From contig JBBTXE010000001.1 of NCBI GenBank assembly GCA_038062455.1, forward strand, positions 7,468-56,370: DNA of 48,903 nucleotides. The letters run 5' to 3'. Shown here piece by piece: positions 47,171 through 48,903 of this stretch. Positions within the stretch are counted from its first letter, which is position 1; every line of letters begins with the position of its first letter. The notes beneath the pieces were generated by a model, which worked only from the letters and a program-made list of their open reading frames with translations, had not been told where the DNA came from and made no database searches. Source of the DNA: Patescibacteria group bacterium. Its GTDB lineage: Bacteria > Patescibacteriota > Microgenomatia > UBA12405. A program made the translations under genes and the position numbers.

Positions 47171-48052
47171 ATGAAACGCGATTTTTACGAAACACTGGGG
47201 ATTTCCAAAGGAGCCTCACCGGCCGATATCAAATCGGCTTACCGAAAACTGGCTTTGCAGTGGCATCCTGATCGCAACAAAACCCCCGATGCCGAAGAAA
47301 AGTTCAAAGAAATCAACGAAGCCTATGAAGTCCTTAGCAACGATCAAAAGAAATCGGCCTACGACCAATTTGGTCACGCCGCCTTTGACCCCTCCGCCGG
47401 CGGTGGTTTTGGTGGTCGTACCTACACTGACCAAAGCGGCCCCTTTACCTACACTTGGAGTGGCGGCCAAAACCCTTTTGGCGGTAATATCGATTTTGAT
47501 TTTGGTGGATTCAGTAACCCTTTTGACATTTTCGAACAATTTTTTTCCGCCGGAGGCAAATCCGCCTTTGGCGAAGGCGGGGGTAGTGGCCGTCGAGCCC
47601 GCCAGATACCGACTTATAAGATCCAATTGACATTTTTAGAAGCCGCCCGCGGCTGTGACAAAGAGGTCAGTCTTGATGGATCCCGCAAAAAAATTAAAAT
47701 CCCCGCCGGAGTTGACGACGGTCAACGGATCAAATTCTCTGATTTTATTTTATATATTGATGTTTTACCCGACAAAATTTTTAAACGCGAAGGCAACGAT
47801 ATCTTTGTTAATCAGGATATTTCCTATGTTCAGGCAGTTTTAGGTGACGAAATCGAAGTACCCTCTCTTGATCGGCCCATCAAAATCCGTATCAAAGCCG
47901 GTACCCAGCCAGGCACTCTCATTCGTCTTCGGGGGCATGGTGTTCGTGACGTCGGCGGCTATGGAATCGGGGATCTCTACATCCGTCTCAATTTGATTGT
48001 TCCATCCCGCCTGTCTTCCAGACAAAAAGACTTGATAAGAAAGCTAGATTAA
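47171..48052 (+). CDS. dnaJ: DnaJ-family co-chaperone without zinc finger (class B)
   Basis: J domain with HPD, G/F region, C-terminal domain; no CxxCxGxG. Confidence 0.9.
   Translation: MKRDFYETLGISKGASPADIKSAYRKLALQWHPDRNKTPDAEEKFKEINEAYEVLSNDQKKSAYDQFGHAAFDPSAGGGFGGRTYTDQSGPFTYTWSGGQNPFGGNIDFDFGGFSNPFDIFEQFFSAGGKSAFGEGGGSGRRARQIPTYKIQLTFLEAARGCDKEVSLDGSRKKIKIPAGVDDGQRIKFSDFILYIDVLPDKIFKREGNDIFVNQDISYVQAVLGDEIEVPSLDRPIKIRIKAGTQPGTLIRLRGHGVRDVGGYGIGDLYIRLNLIVPSRLSSRQKDLIRKLD
47546..47580 (+). repeat. Degenerate TCCGCC..GGCGGA-type tandem palindrome in frame in dnaJ
   Basis: tccgccggaggcaaatccgcctttggcgaaggcgg encodes [11 protein letters not shown]. Confidence 0.45.
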
Positions 48053-48058
48053 ATTTCA

Positions 48059-48117
48059 TAGTATTTTCTCCCTTTGTAAGTCCTTAGATCCTCTTTAGGG
48101 GAGGAGAATGCCGAAGC
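48059..48117 (+). repeat. Left 59-bp direct repeat flanking the DUF559 gene
   Basis: Identical to 48623-48681. Confidence 0.95.
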
Positions 48118-48150
48118 AAAGCTGAGGAAGAGGGTTTTGATGATTGGACT

Positions 48151-48205
48151 AAACCCCTCTCCCCGATATTCATCGGGGTATCTCCCCTTGAAAAGGGGAG
48201 AAATA
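48151..48205 (-). repeat. Inverted copy of the repeat scaffold
   Basis: aaacccctct-ccccgatattcatcgggg-tatctccccttgaaaaggggagaaata. Confidence 0.9.
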
Positions 48206-48222
48206 CCAAGAATAATCATCAT

Positions 48223-48651
48223 GTGAAATATCTTGCCCCGTCTGAAGTCAGAACTCAAAGGTCGAATCTGAAATATTTGGATGAATTAAGAGAATTAGGT
48301 CGAAAAAATCGTCAAAATCCCACCGAGGCTGAATATAAAATATGGAAAATGATTTTACGAAATCATAAAATAAAAGAAAAATTTCTTAGACAAAAACCAA
48401 TCGGTAGATATATTTTAGATTTTTATTGTTCAAAATTATTACTTGCTATTGAAATTGACGGAGATTCGCATGATAAGAAAGCTTATTTGGACAAAAGTCG
48501 AGATTGGTATTTGGATATCCGAGGTATAAAGACAATTAGATATACCAATGGCCAAGTATTAAATAATATCAATGGTGTTTTTTCTGATTTACTTGACAAT
48601 ATTAAACAACGAGAGAAAGAGTTAGTATTTTCTCCCTTTGTAAGTCCTTAG
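48223..48651 (+). CDS. DUF559 (Vsr-like/YcjD) endonuclease
   Basis: RQNPTEAEYKIW, KFLRQKPIGRYILDFYC, LAIEIDGDSH, RDWYLDIRGIKTIRYTN. Confidence 0.92.
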   Translation: MKYLAPSEVRTQRSNLKYLDELRELGRKNRQNPTEAEYKIWKMILRNHKIKEKFLRQKPIGRYILDFYCSKLLLAIEIDGDSHDKKAYLDKSRDWYLDIRGIKTIRYTNGQVLNNINGVFSDLLDNIKQREKELVFSPFVSP

Positions 48652-48681
48652 ATCCTCTTTAGGGGAGGAGAATGCCGAAGC
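48623..48681 (+). repeat. Right 59-bp direct repeat; supplies the DUF559 stop codon
   Basis: Identical to 48059-48117; TAG at 48649-48651 lies inside it. Confidence 0.95.
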
Positions 48682-48744
48682 GAAGTGAGGGAAATGGGTT
48701 TTTCATGCTATAATACCCATAGTTAAATCTGTGATAAATGGAAT

Positions 48745-48767
48745 GGGGACGCGACGTCCCCTTTTTT
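48745..48767 (+). terminator. Terminator-like hairpin in the nusA leader
   Basis: GGGGACG-CGA-CGTCCCC-TTTTTT downstream of TGCTATAAT (about 48706-48714). Confidence 0.7.
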
Positions 48768-48841
48768 ATTTATAAATTAATAATTTAATTTTTATTCAAA
48801 TTGAATTGATAATTGATCATTGATAATTGAAAATTAATACC

Positions 48842-48903
48842 ATGGATATCAAAAGACTGCCAAAAACCGAATTTGCCGCCGCCGTCGCTCAAATCGCCGG
48901 TGA
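48842..48903 (+). CDS. nusA: Probable NusA, 5' fragment only
   Basis: MDIKRLPKTEFAAAVAQIAG resembles the NusA N-terminal helix; only 20 codons are visible. Confidence 0.6.
   Translation, partial: MDIKRLPKTEFAAAVAQIAG

Noticed and set aside
48049-48258. 69-aa minus-strand ORF ending SPKEDLRTYKG
   Set aside because: Translation of the repeat copies upstream of DUF559; its resemblance to the TatD/MetG peptide reflects shared repeat DNA.
2991-48702. CRISPR array
   Set aside because: Repeats are dispersed, with no regular repeat-spacer period and no cas genes.

Overview
Core chromosomal segment of a small-genome bacterium. Gene content and style suggest Patescibacteria/CPR, probably Microgenomates; this is an inference. 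Housekeeping genes: dnaG (partial), polyprenyl synthase, trpS, rplY, a tsaC-tsaE fusion, tsaD, tatD, metG, rpsT, murJ, pcrA, a femABX-like gene, gatCAB, a helicase-nuclease, rmuC, CIRCE-hrcA-grpE-dnaK-dnaJ and the start of nusA. Also present: three AUR-decoding tRNAs (including a rare tRNA-Ile(UAU)), a PilN/PilO + UbiA/PAP2 + GT-C envelope cluster and small accessory modules (Phd-RelE, XRE-ImmA, MNT with a deleted HEPN). Two unannotated signals stand out. (1) A Trp-codon leader peptide (MLSKTVSQIWWQFWSEAGEVLVA) with a plausible antiterminator/terminator upstream of trpS. (2) A modular palindromic repeat family that flanks a DUF559 endonuclease as 59-bp perfect direct repeats. The same family is scattered through the window and sits in frame, always starting Asn-Pro-Ser, inside dnaG, tatD, metG and rpsT. 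Several other small repeat families also sit inside coding sequences. All calls come from reading the sequence; no searches were run.
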